Shown in pieces: positions 1-12,455 of a stretch of DNA of 64,000 bases (position 1 is the first letter of the stretch; each line of letters opens with the position of its first letter). Origin of the DNA: Psammoneis japonica (lineage: Eukaryota); assembly GCA_008632985.1 (NCBI GenBank), contig QPGO01000004.1, forward strand, positions 186,001-250,000, given 5' to 3'. Under the pieces are notes generated by a model that did no database searches, had not been told where the DNA came from, and saw only the letters and a list, made by a program, of their open reading frames with translations. The position numbers and the translations under genes are program-made.

Positions 1-3000
1 ACTGCAACATTGTTGGATCACCCAAAGGCACTTCTGACAAGCCAAACTTCTCTTTCGTGCATGTTTTGAGAACAAGTTGTTTCCATGAGTTGAGAAGTTG
101 TTGGCTGCCCCCAGTGGACCACATGAGGGAACATGTTTTCCAGCTCTGGCTGAGACTCCATGAGTGATGCTGGGGGCCTGCAGAGTTTGGTGTGCACAAG
201 CTCTGCATCAAAGTCATTGGGTGATGAACAAATCAATGACTGTCAACAGCAAAAAAAAAGAGGCAGTTGTGCAATTGCACAAAATCGCTCGTGCTTGAAG
301 CACATTGTTTCTGGTTTGCCTCAGTGTGCTGCTCTTCAGATGTCAAAAAACACACCCAACCCACCATTTTTGTTCTTAGAAACAGCAAAAACAAAACACA
401 AATGGCTTCACAAAGTGGGGAGCAATGAAAAATTTTGCAAAGGAACTCTCATGTAGAAACACACATGTGTGACGTGCAGTGCATGATGAAAAAATGTTTG
501 AGTGATGGTGAAGTGCTGCGGGGCCCCACCCCTTGAGCTGGAGAGGAGCACATTGGATGTGTTTGCCAAGGTGATGGCTCCACTTTCTGCCAAGACAAAG
601 CATTTGCAGAGTGGGGCGGGCCCACCAAGGAGGTTTGGAGTGAACTCCCAAGTGCTTGCAGTTTTTTGTTCTTGCAAGTGCTTTGTCCCAGCACTGCTGC
701 TGCATGTTTTGGGGGCTCCTGCAGGACAGCTGTGAATGTCTCTGTTGCCCCTGTGCATGACCAACTTTTTTGTGTGCCTCTGTCATGGCAAATCAAGACT
801 CCAAAAAGGGCACAGCCAGTGCTCTCCTCATGGACATTGCTGTGTGGTGCTCCAACAACATCCTCATCCCTGAAGTTGCAAAACACCTGGACAGCACTTG
901 TGCGGCAATGTCCCTGTCAAGCTGGGTGAAATTTCTTAGGATGAACACATGCAATCCAATGGTTGGTTTGTTAAAATGTCACTGGACATGCCCTCAATGA
1001 ACCCACCTAGCTGGAAACCAGCAGCCCTGCCAGCACATCACCTGTTTTGCTCCTCTTCAAGAAAGAGACATTCAAGGCAATGACTTCACACTGGGTGACA
1101 ACACTTTGACTTGTCTTTCATGACAGATGTTGGGATGCAACAAGATCCAACTTGCTCTCTCAAGGCTTGCCTCACAAGAGCAAACGTTGCAGTTGGCACG
1201 GTGCATGTCTTCTTTAACCAAGATGCACAGCACTCTTGCAGGAGCTGTGGAACAAGTTCTTGGACCCCCATTTCCTGCCCAAGCACCATCTGCCAAATCA
1301 GGCTCAATCAACATCTTCAATTCTGTTGATGCACTGAGCAACAGCTGTGCACACTTTGAACAGCAAGACACCTGCACTGTCTTTGCAATCAAGCTAAAAG
1401 TGCCTGTTCAACCACCATCATTTTGATCAGAAGAAGGTCTCCAACAAAGCAGTGCTCCAGATGTTGCTTGTGTGCCATTTGCCAGCAGCAATCAGTGCCA
1501 TTTGGACTGAACCAACCACCTTGTGCTGGCTGATGGAGATTGCTGCTCATCGTCAGTGCAGCAACAGGTCACAAAGCTTTGCTTTGTGAACCAAGTTTGT
1601 GCTGTGATGTTTTTGCTACATGGCACTGCTGCTGACCAGTGGCACCTCAATTTTCAGCAGTGTGCAGCTGACTGTGGATGCTGTGTTCATCCATTGTGAC
1701 ATTTCTTTTGCAACTGTGGTGAAGACTGGGGTTTCACCATCAGAAATGACCCCACTGACAACTTGCTGCAACAGATGCACACTCATTGGCTCAAGTCATT
1801 GTGCATGATTCACAAGCTGCTGCTGTGATCCCACACATTCCCCCAAAGAACAGCAGACTCCACTGTGTTGTTGCTTCTTCTTGCTGAAGCAGCAGCTGCA
1901 GCACACTGAAGCAGATTCTTTTCCAAGTGCATCCAGCATTCTGCAAGAAAGTGCACCAGGCCCAGTGGACTCTCACCCAAAACAGGGAAATCTGTCAATT
2001 GCCAGGCCACTTCTTTGTTCCATTCAAGGATTGTTTTTGCAGCTCTGAGCTTTCATTTTTGACACTGACCAGTTGTTGAATGACAACCAAGAGACACAAC
2101 TCTGTCTTTGCCAAGAGTGCAAAGCACTTGAAGTTCTTGACAAGGGCATTGAAGAATGAACAAGCACACCCAGCTTGTGAGCTCAAGTGCTTTGAAAAGG
2201 AGATTGTGGAGTGTGCTTGGCACATGCATTCCTCAGTCAGGCTGACAGCCCCCAGTTGCTGCAGATGTCTCATCCAATCAGGGGAACCCATGTCACAAGC
2301 GGGGATGATGTGTCAGCACTGGTGTCAATGAACTCAGCAGTGCAGAGCCACCCACTCAAGACCCCACTCTAGACAATGCTTTGGCTCCATGTGACAATGC
2401 TTTTGCAAGCCCATGTGAGGAACTGGATGCTCTCTTCATGGACCTGCTGTGGATGATGACTGTCTCCTGCATTGTGCCTGCATGGCATCTGTTCCCCCAA
2501 GAAGCTCAATGTTTTTCTGAGTGAGGCTGCCAAACATCAATGGTGTTTGGTCTGCACTGGTGACCATGTTTTGATGATTGCCCTGCCCTCCTGAAGAACA
2601 GTTCCCACATCAAGGGTTTTCACATTTGCTTCTGCCAGCAGTTCTTGAAATGAGAGGATGTGTGGTGTGCAGCCACCTGGCATCCCAACCCTGGGAAGCT
2701 TGCCAACTGTGACAGAATGGACACCAGCAGCTTGCCCTTCCACTCACTCCTCTCTGCTTTCAAATTTTCAATCAGACCATCACAGCTGGTTTTGGATCTA
2801 AGACACAGCCCTTTCCCCACCATGTGACCAAGATGCTCAAGATGATTGTTGCACACAATGATGAAAGAGGGGCTCAGCACCAGTGCCGTTGTTTTCTGCA
2901 GACAAGTGCATCTTTCTCCAGACAACAACATGGTGTCTGTCCACGACTCTACAACAATGCCCACAATGTCTCTCTGACAATGATCCAATGGCATCCGTCA

Positions 3001-3339
3001 ATGACAGCAGGAGGGGCCAACATCTGGGGAGGGCTGAGGAAATGACTGACCTGCCATTGGACCTTTTGAGCTGGGTGGAGCCAAGCATCACAAGAGATGA
3101 CTTCAGCACTGCTGCCCTCAACTCTGTGCACATTTCAACAAATGTGCCATCCTTGGTTTCTCTGTCTGCTTTTGAGGTCAACACTGTGCAGTTCAGTGCT
3201 GATGAACATTGTGCACAGCTCAGTGTGGGTGCCCATGCACTGCATGCCAGTGGCTGAGACCTGCTCTGCTGCTGCCACCTGTTTTCACCAGCCAACTTGC
3301 ACCCCATCCAGCTCATTTCCGAGTGTCACCTCAACCTTC

Positions 3340-6300
3340 CATGGAAGACCTGGCTCCTAGATTGCAGCATGACGACCAACTCTGGTGTGACTTGCTCAAT
3401 GCCAGTGGGCATGAACTTGAACTTCCCAAGTGCTCCTTTCACACTGCAGAGTGGGACGACTTCTCTGAGTTCAGTGAGCCAAGTCTCCAGCCATGCAATC
3501 AAGACTTCTCCATGGAAATCTTTTTGGCCAACTGCTCCACCTCTAGATGCAGCACATGCAATTGTCTGCCTTTGAACCTCACAAAATCTTGGGACACTGT
3601 TCTTCCCCTGCTGGGACTTTGAAGAAACAGCAACAAGTGTTTGAAGCTGAGAGTGACGGGAAAGCATCATTTGTGCATGCAGCTCCACTCAACCACACTG
3701 AATCATGGAGATGTTGCCATGTGTGCTGTTTGCCATTGATGACCTTCGTCCTGGCTGGCTCTCACTTTGCCTCCAAAGTGCTGTTGCAGATCCAGCAACA
3801 TGCCATGTGAGTGATTTTTGCTGAATGTGGACACAATCAGAAAACACCAAGCTTCTAATTCTGTGCGGCCCACAATCTCTTGGAGGGGGCGGATTTTGTT
3901 CTTTGGATGTTGAGCAGGGCATTGCGCAACTGCAACAGTTTCTCAGGCACTCTCGTGGTGCTCAGCACATGTCACCAGATGACCAACCACATGCCGCAGT
4001 GCACATTGCCATTGCTTGGCATCAGCTGCATTTGGGTGCAGGAATCAGTTTCCTCAAAGATGTCAGCACCAGACGACATCCACATTGTGAGTCACTGTGG
4101 TTTGCATCAGTTCGCTCTTTCCCACATTGCATGGGAGGCACTGTTGCCATGTCCCAGGATGGGGTGTTGCCTCCACAATGTGACAATGATCAGTTCTCAA
4201 TGGATGTTGCATTGGAGTTGGTGGAATTTTTGTCCCGATAAATTCAGCAGATCAACTGTTGTCAGTTGTGCCTCAAGGTGCTCATGGTTTCAGACATTGC
4301 CTTGGTGGATGGTTGCCATCTGGATGAGTCCAAAAAGTCTTTGGTGACCCTGTTCACCTCAGCAGTGTTGGCACTCTCCACAATGTTGAACAGACCAAAA
4401 CCTTGTCACAAGGCATGGGGTCCCTGGACACGCTCTTGTGAAAAGTTGTGTCATGATGGATCCACCAGACTGCATGCTCCTCTGGGAGATTGGTTGGTGC
4501 CTCCTTTCAAAATGCAAATGCAAGCCTCTGCTTGTTGGTCTCCAGATGAATTGTGCTCACATGCAAGGTCTCCATCCGGTTTCAACATGTTTCTGGCCCA
4601 GGACACAGTTGCGACATCATTGCATCAAATCAAAATGGTTCCAGCTCCATCTGACTCATCTTTCCTGGCAGAGATTGACTCCATCAATGATGGACGTTGG
4701 CAATGCATCCCTCACAGGTCGAACCTGACAGCAGAAATGATGCCTCCTCCACCACCCAAGTTCTTCAACAATCATCTGCAAGCACTGCCCCTCATTGGGA
4801 TTCTGCCCTTTTCTCCGAGATGGAATTCCACATCTCCCTTGGAGAACTGGCAGATTGCTTTGCATCAAATCACCTGACATCAGGAAGCAACGGGTCCTTG
4901 ATCCTCCAGAATGCTGCTTTTGGGTGGACCATTGCATTCAATGGACGACCTTTGGTTGACTGTGCCAGACTGGTGTTTGGTCGAATGCCTTCCTCTTGCC
5001 AAGCTGAAGCACGTGGCTTTCTGTCCTTGACATGGTTTGTTTTCCACCTGCTGGAGTTTTGCAAAATGTCCTCTTGTGAGGGTGTTGACAACTGGTGTGA
5101 CAACAAGGCTCTAGCTAGACTTCTTTCTCACCCAACACACAGCCGTCCTTCCACAGATCCCTCTCTTCACGTGCACCCCGAGCTTGATTTTCATCTCCGC
5201 AAGCACAGTGCCAATGTCTTGTCATCAGATTGGGATGTTCTCAACAAAATTTGTCAGACCTTTGAGGCCATCAAAGCTGTTCTCAATCCTTCTTCCCTTG
5301 ACCATGCTCCCACTCTTGAGTGGGTAAAAGGACATCAAGACAGACATTCTCTGGTGGAAACTCTGCCTCTTAACGCCCAGATTAACATGCATGCTGACAA
5401 GCTGGCAGGTTGACATCAAGGTCAACATGACATCAACATGACAGCGGTGATCCCCTTTCCCCACTGCCAGTCCTGCCTCAGTCTTCAAGATGGGGCCATT
5501 GCAGCAGGGCTTAAATCTGCTGTCCAACATGCAGCTGCGGCTCCTGCCCTCCTTGAATGCATTTGGGAGAGAAACGAATGGGACAAATCCACCACAGAAA
5601 AGATGGATTGGAAAGTGCATGCCATGGTGGTGCATCGGCACTCTACGAAGCATGTGTCCACCATCAAATTGACCCATGAGCTGCTTCCTGTGAGTGAGAT
5701 TGCTTGCTGTTACAATCCAGTCAGACCTCATCATTGCCTGTCTTCTTGCAAACATCCTGTGGAAGATTGTGATTGCATCTTACGGTGTCTGGCCAATGAA
5801 CCTTGGCGACGCAAATTTCTGCAAGGCCTGCAAAAATGCTGCAACAACATTGACACAATGCCTCCTCTTTGGGATCTTCTCTTGTTCTCTGTCGAAGCAT
5901 GGTTCCAAGGTGAGATGACATGCAATGATGACATTTGCCCAATGTTGCATTCTTTGTGGAGAGCCCAGTCAAAAACAGGGTGGCAACAAGTGTTCAACGG
6001 TCACCATTCCACCCTCTGGAGCACTTTTCAGGAGATGCATCTTCACAACACAGAGGACTGCTGGAACATTGTAGAAAGGAGAACTGCCCACCTCTGGCAT
6101 GGGTGGTGCAGACAGGAACAACCTGCATTTGGAAATCCTGGTGGGAGTTGTGGGAGGAGCACAATCAAGAGGTTCACAGTCATGATGTGGACACAAGGAA
6201 GTCATCTCTGCGAAGACATGCTGAAGCCAAACTCACGGTGACACACAACAAAAAACAGCATCTTGCCAAAGACAGGGACATGCTGCTGGACTTGGCAGAA

Positions 6301-6470
6301 GAGCACCAGTCCCACTCCACTTTGCAGACAATGAACTGGGTTGCCATGGCAAAACCAAGACTCAGAGACAGTCTCAAGAAAGCAAAGTGCTCCATGCTTT
6401 GCGGCACTTGCTCTGTGGCCAGTTATTTTGGCAGGGCATTGCCTTCATGTGATGCCTGTTCTGGCTGATC
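3340..6470 (+). mobile_element. Degenerate 5'-truncated non-LTR retrotransposon (LINE): C-terminal part of RT, RNase H, Cys/His knuckle
   Basis: Motifs across shifting frames: LQHDDQLWCDLLNASGHELELPKC, HKILGHCSSPAG, ILCGPQSLGGGGF..EQG. RNase H: SNGS..AAFGW..SCQAEARG..WCDN..DWD..WVKGHQD..NMHADKLA. Then C..CKHPVEDCDCILRC, QSKTGWQQVFNG and WWELWEEHNQEVH. Many stops and frameshifts. Confidence 0.85.
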
Positions 6471-7297
6471 CAGGCAAGCTTCTGCCACACTGAAAGGTGT
6501 GCTGGAAGTGTGGGTCAGCCGGTGCTGGCCTGGCTGACAAAGGAGTGACAGCACTCAAAATGCAGATCTGTTTTTTTTTTACATCCCACCCAGCTCCCTG
6601 GCAAAGGTGCTACCCCCTGTGGGTTTGGTTGTTCTTGTGTTCCTCCTGCAGAAACCAAAAAAGGTCACACTCACCTGCTGTTGTCCTCAGCTCCAGCCTG
6701 CCTTCTTGGTTGATGAGCATGCTTTCTACACTGCACCAAAAGCAGCAACAAGAAAGACTTCTCAGTCAATTGTCTTTTGAAAACTCATGACCACAGGACT
6801 TGCAAGCATGTTGCTGAACACTGTCTTCAACCTGGCCAAGATGTGGTTGTCAAGCTGCTTGCAGAATGGCTGAAGAGGCTTTTTGCTCTAAGTTCAGCCA
6901 GCAAGAACAAGGGGCAAAGCAGTTGCTGAGCAACTTGGGCCATTTGTTGGTGGCCAGGAGTCACTTCTGTGAAGAGAGCAGCACACAACAGACAGGAGCT
7001 CAGAAGGGTCTTGGCCCAACAAACAACCCCCCCTGAGGAGCTTCTTGACTGAGGCAGGGGATCTAAACTGAAAAGCCAGAGCTGGCAGAGTCAAAAGGGT
7101 GCAAGAAGTTGTGGACAGTTCAGAGCAGTGTGCAGTGCACACCTGGTGGTTCATGCAACACAATCTGCTGCCTTGGGCTGCCCCCAGAATTAAGTCTTCA
7201 ACAAAAACTTCAGCGGTGGTTGGCACATGAGGAATCACACCACGTTGGCTGCAGAGACAGGTGCACAGTTGCTCCAGTGATCAACCACAGCAGCAGT

Positions 7298-7359
7298 TGA
7301 GCCAGCCAGCAAGTGTGGTGGTGACTTTTGAGCTAGCCAGCAAGTGTGGTGGTGACTTG
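7298..7359. repeat. 31-bp direct tandem repeat x2
   Basis: tgagccagccagcaagtgtggtggtgacttt vs tgagctagccagcaagtgtggtggtgacttg. The internal difference is CA vs TA. Confidence 0.85.
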
Positions 7360-7574
7360 TTGGTCCAGCCCACTCACAGTGCTGGCTGCATTGTTGCCAC
7401 AAGGGGTTGCTCACCATGTGGACTGGTGCTGGGAGCAAGACCTAAGTTTTGAGGCATCTGGCATTTGTGTGGAGATGACATGTGCCAAATGAAAGATGAA
7501 ATTTGTGCACTCTGAGAAGCTGAAAGATGTTGAGCTGATGCAAGAACATGGCGATTGACCAACCTTGTGTTCAG

Positions 7575-9150
7575 TCACCAGAGCCCTGTTTTCATCAGTG
7601 AGCATGGCACTGAAGCTTTGGCAAAGTCACTTGCCAAGCTGATTTTGACACCAGTCCTGAATTGTGTGGCAACTTTGAGAGCTGAGTGTGTGTGACATTG
7701 CCAAAGGAGGTGCAAAAAGGTGGAGTGCAGCAGCTCCAGTTGTCCAAGCAGAGCACACTGTGGCCTCTTTTGAGACCAGGCTGGCACTGGAATCACGAGT
7801 TTAATTTGTGCTGTGCTCAATCCACTGCTCATGCTGCTGATGGTGGGAAAGTGTGTTTGTTTTAACAGCCTCTCATGAGAAGCACAGAGACAGATGTGTC
7901 TGACTCTCAGCAGAGGCAAAAGAGCACACTGCCAACTCTCCTGCTGACAATGTCATCCAAACAACAAACACATGTTCTTTTAGAGCTTAACTCCCTCAAA
8001 GAACCAACAGCACTGTTGGCCTCTTTGTTCAGCTCACTTTATTTTCTCCACATTTGACAAGCTCTGGAGAGAATCTAGCTTGAGTTGAAGCTGTGGACAG
8101 GGCAGCAGCTCTTTTTCCAGTGCGTGTGTTGAGAGCAGCACATGAACAGTTGTCTTCTTGGTTTGTGGGGGGCTGCCAGCCATTGACACACACAGCACAA
8201 GCAAAGCCAGAGGCTCAAGACTGCCACGGACATCCATCTTCTCATGCTGGTAAAGACATTGGACACCAAATCACAATTGATGACCTCCAATGTCACATCA
8301 TGTTCACAAAAGAGATAAAAAGAGACATGACATTGGCACCATTCATTTCCTCATGACTCCTCCTCATTTGTCACCAGTGCCCTGTTTTTGTCTGTGAGCG
8401 CGGCACCACTGAAGCTTTGGCAAAGTCACTTGCCAAGTTGATTTCGACACCAGCCCTGGATTTTTTGGCAACTTTGAGTGCTTCATGTGCATGACTCTGC
8501 CAGAGGAGGTGCAAAAAGGTCAAGTGCAGCAAAGCTCCAATTGTCCCAGCAAAGCACACTGTTGCCCCCCTGTTTTGACCAGGCCGAGCATGAGTTTAAT
8601 TTTTGCTGTGTGCTCAGTCCACTGCTCATGCAGATGATGGCAGGAAAGCATGTTTGTCTCAATGGCCTCTCTTGAGAAACACAGAGGCAGATGTGTCCAA
8701 CCCCCAGCAGAGGCACAAGAGCACACCACCTGCTCCCAGCTGATGTCTCCCAAAGAATGAGCGTGCCTTTTTTCCCCCTTCAGAGCTCAACTCCCTTAAA
8801 GAAGAACCAACAGCGCTGTTGGCCTCTTTGTTCATTTCATTTTTTCCACATTTGACAAGCTCTGGAGAGAAGCTGGCTTGAGCGTCAGCTGCACGCGGGT
8901 GGGGCAGCTCTTTCTCTGGCATGTGTTTTGAGCAGCAGCAGTGCATCGACAGCCTTGTTGGTTTGCCAGCCATGGACACACAGCACATTTGCAAAGCCAG
9001 AGGCCAGAGGTTCAAGACTGTCAGGGACATCCATCTTCTCAAAAGCCATTGAACACCAAATCACAATTGATGACCTCTCACGTCACATCATGTTCACAAA
9101 GAGACAAAATGAGACATGACATCGCGGCGCCCTTCATTTTTTGACTCAGG
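7575..9150. repeat. Diverged tandem duplication of a ~0.8-kb unit (copy 1 ~7575-8365, copy 2 ~8371-9150)
   Basis: Collinear shared blocks: ctgaagctttggcaaagtcacttgccaag, ccacatttgacaagctctggaga, caccaaatcacaattgatgacctc, gtcacatcatgttcacaaa. Confidence 0.9.
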
Positions 9151-9417
9151 AAGAATGATCACACCTTAGGCCCTACAGTGCTCGCCTCCTCATGACTGCA
9201 GCTGCGCATGCGCACGCACAACGCACAAAAGCAAGAAAAGAATGATGATTGATGATGAGTCATGATGATTCGGAGAGTAGACACTATCTTATCAAGATCC
9301 TCCATGACGTTCTATGATGTTCGATTTGGGTGAGATAAGAACATCGTGTGCTACTTCTCGGATGAGTCAGGGCGAAACGAAGCCTTTTGTACCATGCCCA
9401 CTTTGAATCTTGACAAA

Positions 9418-10323
9418 ATGAACAAGTTCGCAGTTACCGCATTAAGAATATACCGATCGCCGACGTCGCGAACCATGAAGCTCCGATCTTTCTCGTCCCC
9501 CGTTTCGTTGACAGATCCACCGACGCTAGCGCTGACTCCTCCTGGAAACTGTCAGTTCAATGAAGACTTTCAGTCAGTACCACTGCTGGAGAAATTTCCT
9601 GTGTCGGAAACGACCGCAGTGTTCCGTTTTGGCTTGCCCGACTCCAACACTCCTCTGAATCTGAGCACGTGTGCATGTGTCCTAGCTGGGGCTCATTGTG
9701 ATAACGCGGACGAACTTGTCGTGAGACCCTACACGCCAATTTCGACAAACGAACAAGTTGGTCACTTTGATTTGTTGGTGAAAAACTACGGTGAAAACGG
9801 CCGCATGTCGAAAAAGATGCATTCTCTTGGTCCTGGTGACACCATTCAATTCAAGCACATCGATTTCAATGTCAAAATCCAAGCCCCATTCGCTCAAAAA
9901 CGCATTGGAATGCTGGTTGGAGGAACTGGCATTGCCCCTATGATCCAGGCGCTTCACGCAGTTCTGGGAGATTCGAAGAGCCAAACGCAAGTGTCCATGC
10001 TGTACGGCAGTCAGGTATCGTCCGACATTCTCGGTAAAGATTTGCTTGATAAATGGTGTGAGTTGCACAGTGATCGGTTGACTGTGACCCATGTCTTATC
10101 TCAAGAAGATGAAAATTCAAACTGGAACGGAGAACGAGGATTCATTAGTGAATCTTTGATCAAGAAGCACATGCCGCCTCCATCATTGGGTGACGACGCA
10201 ATCATCTTTGTTTGTGGTCCTCCTCCAATGTATGACGCATTGTGCGGGGCTCGTGATTACAAGGACCTGAAAGGTACTTTGAAGGATCTAGGATACGATG
10301 TTTCTCAAGTTTACAAATTTTGA
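9418..10323 (+). CDS. NADH-cytochrome b5 reductase, possibly with a mitochondrial presequence
   Basis: RPYTPIS (FAD binding), GxMS, GGTGIAPM and VCGPPPM motifs. ATG 9418 chosen; 9394 is also possible. Confidence 0.92.
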   Translation: MNKFAVTALRIYRSPTSRTMKLRSFSSPVSLTDPPTLALTPPGNCQFNEDFQSVPLLEKFPVSETTAVFRFGLPDSNTPLNLSTCACVLAGAHCDNADELVVRPYTPISTNEQVGHFDLLVKNYGENGRMSKKMHSLGPGDTIQFKHIDFNVKIQAPFAQKRIGMLVGGTGIAPMIQALHAVLGDSKSQTQVSMLYGSQVSSDILGKDLLDKWCELHSDRLTVTHVLSQEDENSNWNGERGFISESLIKKHMPPPSLGDDAIIFVCGPPPMYDALCGARDYKDLKGTLKDLGYDVSQVYKF

Positions 10324-11139
10324 GCTCGCGCGAGATTTGATTTGAAGAAGAGAAACTTCGTATCGTATAAGTAGAAAGGAAAATAGTGATTTGAATCTTC
10401 CATTTTTTAAAACAAAAGTTGCACGACGCGACAGATAGTACAAACTTCCACGTTGTTGTTCCTCGCTTCATGTACCGGTAGAGTGTAATGCACCGATTTC
10501 TGGCGTCTCGAGGTACCACAGAAGCCTTGAGAATCGAAAACTCTCTTCTGGTGATCGCTTAGCACTCTATCAGAAGATAGAAGATGGCATTTTAGCTCTC
10601 AGCTAGATTTTTAAAGCATCAGACAAATCATAAATCCCCTGCATTATGAAGTCCTACCCTGTCTCGCTAGCTAGAGGCGTACTTTCTTGAGGAACATGGC
10701 AGTCGCGAGAGGAGTCCTGGATGTCCCCAATCCCGTATCTTTTCAATCACGATGGATTGCAGACGTGTAGCGCGACCACATCGCAGTGCGACTGCGACGT
10801 GGCTCAATGACAGGTTCAGCACGGCAAGGCCCTTCGCATCCACTTGGACGTCATCTCAACCGTGCATTTGCAGCAAACGTCGTCTTCTCCCGCAATCAGA
10901 AAGTCTATTTAGGTGAAACGAGATTGTTACTCGTCACGCTGTCCTTCGATGATGTCCAAAAAGCCTAAGTTCGAGTATGAATACGTAGCAAAATGAGGGA
11001 AGCTTGTCATTGGCCAACCCGAAGAAGCGAACAGCTGCTTTTGTGTGGCGCGATTTCCAAAATCGAGAACAATTGACATTGTCACGCTTGCCCGCACATT
11101 GCTTCCAACTTATTGTATTGAAATTTTAAATTTGGCCAC

Positions 11140-11290
11140 GATGACGTCAAAGCTATTCTGTGTTTCAGATTCTGTTCCTTCCCTAGTACTATCACGTAGA
11201 ATTTGACGGTCATGATGATGTCAGGCGTCCCTAAAGAACCGGTGTTTCAAACTGACGTGTCCCTTTGATGATGTCACCAACGTCAGCCTG
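11140..11290. promoter_or_regulatory. Cluster of TGACGT / TGA(C/T)GTCA bZIP-type motifs upstream of the 11370 gene
   Basis: atgacgtca 11141, tgatgtca ~11216 and ~11269, tgacgt 11253, acgtca 11280, all within 230 bp of the ATG. Confidence 0.45.
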
Positions 11291-11369
11291 AACCAAAATA
11301 TCAAAAAACAATTCTTTCTCCCGCCGAGGCGGTGCACCTTTCTCACAATAGTGCCCACCCAGAACGACA

Positions 11370-12455
11370 ATGAAGCTTTCCGCCAACGCACTCCTGGCAA
11401 TCTGTGCCTACCCTATTGTTGGAACCGATGGATTCTTGGCTCCTGCACCAAAGGCCGCGACAACTGAGCTTTACTCCACTCGTCCGGATCTTGTAAGTGA
11501 CATCAACGGCGCATCTCAGCTCAAAATGCATTAATTTCCAAGTGAGAAACCGCTTTCCTCACAAGCTGACTTCTTTCTTGTCATGTTTTAGAGATCGTAC
11601 GATGGTCGTGTTGATCAGTTTGAGCGGGACCAAGGTTACTACGGACGGGGGCGCATGATGGAACCTTACCAAAGGCGGGGATACGGCTCAAACTACCGCT
11701 ACGGAGACTCTCAAGGCTACGGCAACTACAACGGAGATCTTCAATTAGTTCAGGGAGGATCCCTCAAGACATGGTCGTTCGAGGATGACTTTACCGAGAG
11801 CGTGCAGGTCAGCTTGGAAACCGAGGGACGTCCCTTGGAAGCACTTGTCGAGTTGTGGCAAGGCCCGGACAACACACCACACAAGTTGAAGGTTTACTCT
11901 GAAGATGGGTATGTTCGACCCTTCCAGTGCGTGATCGACACGCCCAGCAACCCCAACACCATCTGCATTCGTAACCAGGCTCAGCTTGAGTTCCCTCTTG
12001 CCGCCCGCGTCGTCGACAATGGTATGAGCGGAGGCTACCAACCAAGTGCCGCCATGAAGGCCATGGACATGAGAGAGCCTCCCAGGACAATCCAGGGAGG
12101 ATCCCTCAAGACATTCGACTTTGATACATCTGTTGAAAGTGTGCAAGTCCTGATGGAAACCGATGGACGTCCTCTGAATGCAAGAGTTGAATTGTTGCAG
12201 GGACCCAACAACAAGAAGCAGGTGATTGATATCTACACCGACGATGGCAACTACCGTCCATTTTACCTTATCTTTGACACACCAGGAAGCGGAAACGTTG
12301 TGAGAATCGTCAACACTGCCACTGTTGAGTTCCCATTGACGGCATGGGTTGAGCCATACACTTTCGGTGAACGCGGATACTCACCGCAATACCGCTCACA
12401 ATACAGCAACCGGGGCGCGAGCGGATACGGAAGAGGTGGAACCTGGTACGAGTAA
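11370..12455 (+). CDS. Algal protein of unknown function with an internally duplicated ~90-aa domain and a signal/plastid-type presequence; 2 exons (11370-11492, 11592-12455)
   Basis: Exon 1 MKLSANALLAICAYPIVGTDG-FLAP. The gtaagt..tttag intron keeps frame. The unit QGGSLKT..ESVQV..T[ED]GRPL.A.VEL.QGP.N..EFPL occurs twice. Confidence 0.85.

Larger units (their letters stand above)
1..9150. repeat. Decayed repeat/heterochromatin-like block, strongly depleted of both TpA and CpG and enriched in TpG/CpA
   Basis: No TA in the first 376 nt and only 3 CG in the first 360 nt. ORF translations are Cys/His-rich and nearly Tyr-free. Composition returns to normal at ~9160-9300. Confidence 0.9.

Noticed and set aside
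1..9150. Numerous overlapping Cys/His-rich ORFs suggesting metal-binding proteins
   Set aside because: A by-product of TA loss: few TAA/TAG stops and many TGY/CAY codons in every frame. The same applies at 61.4-64 kb.
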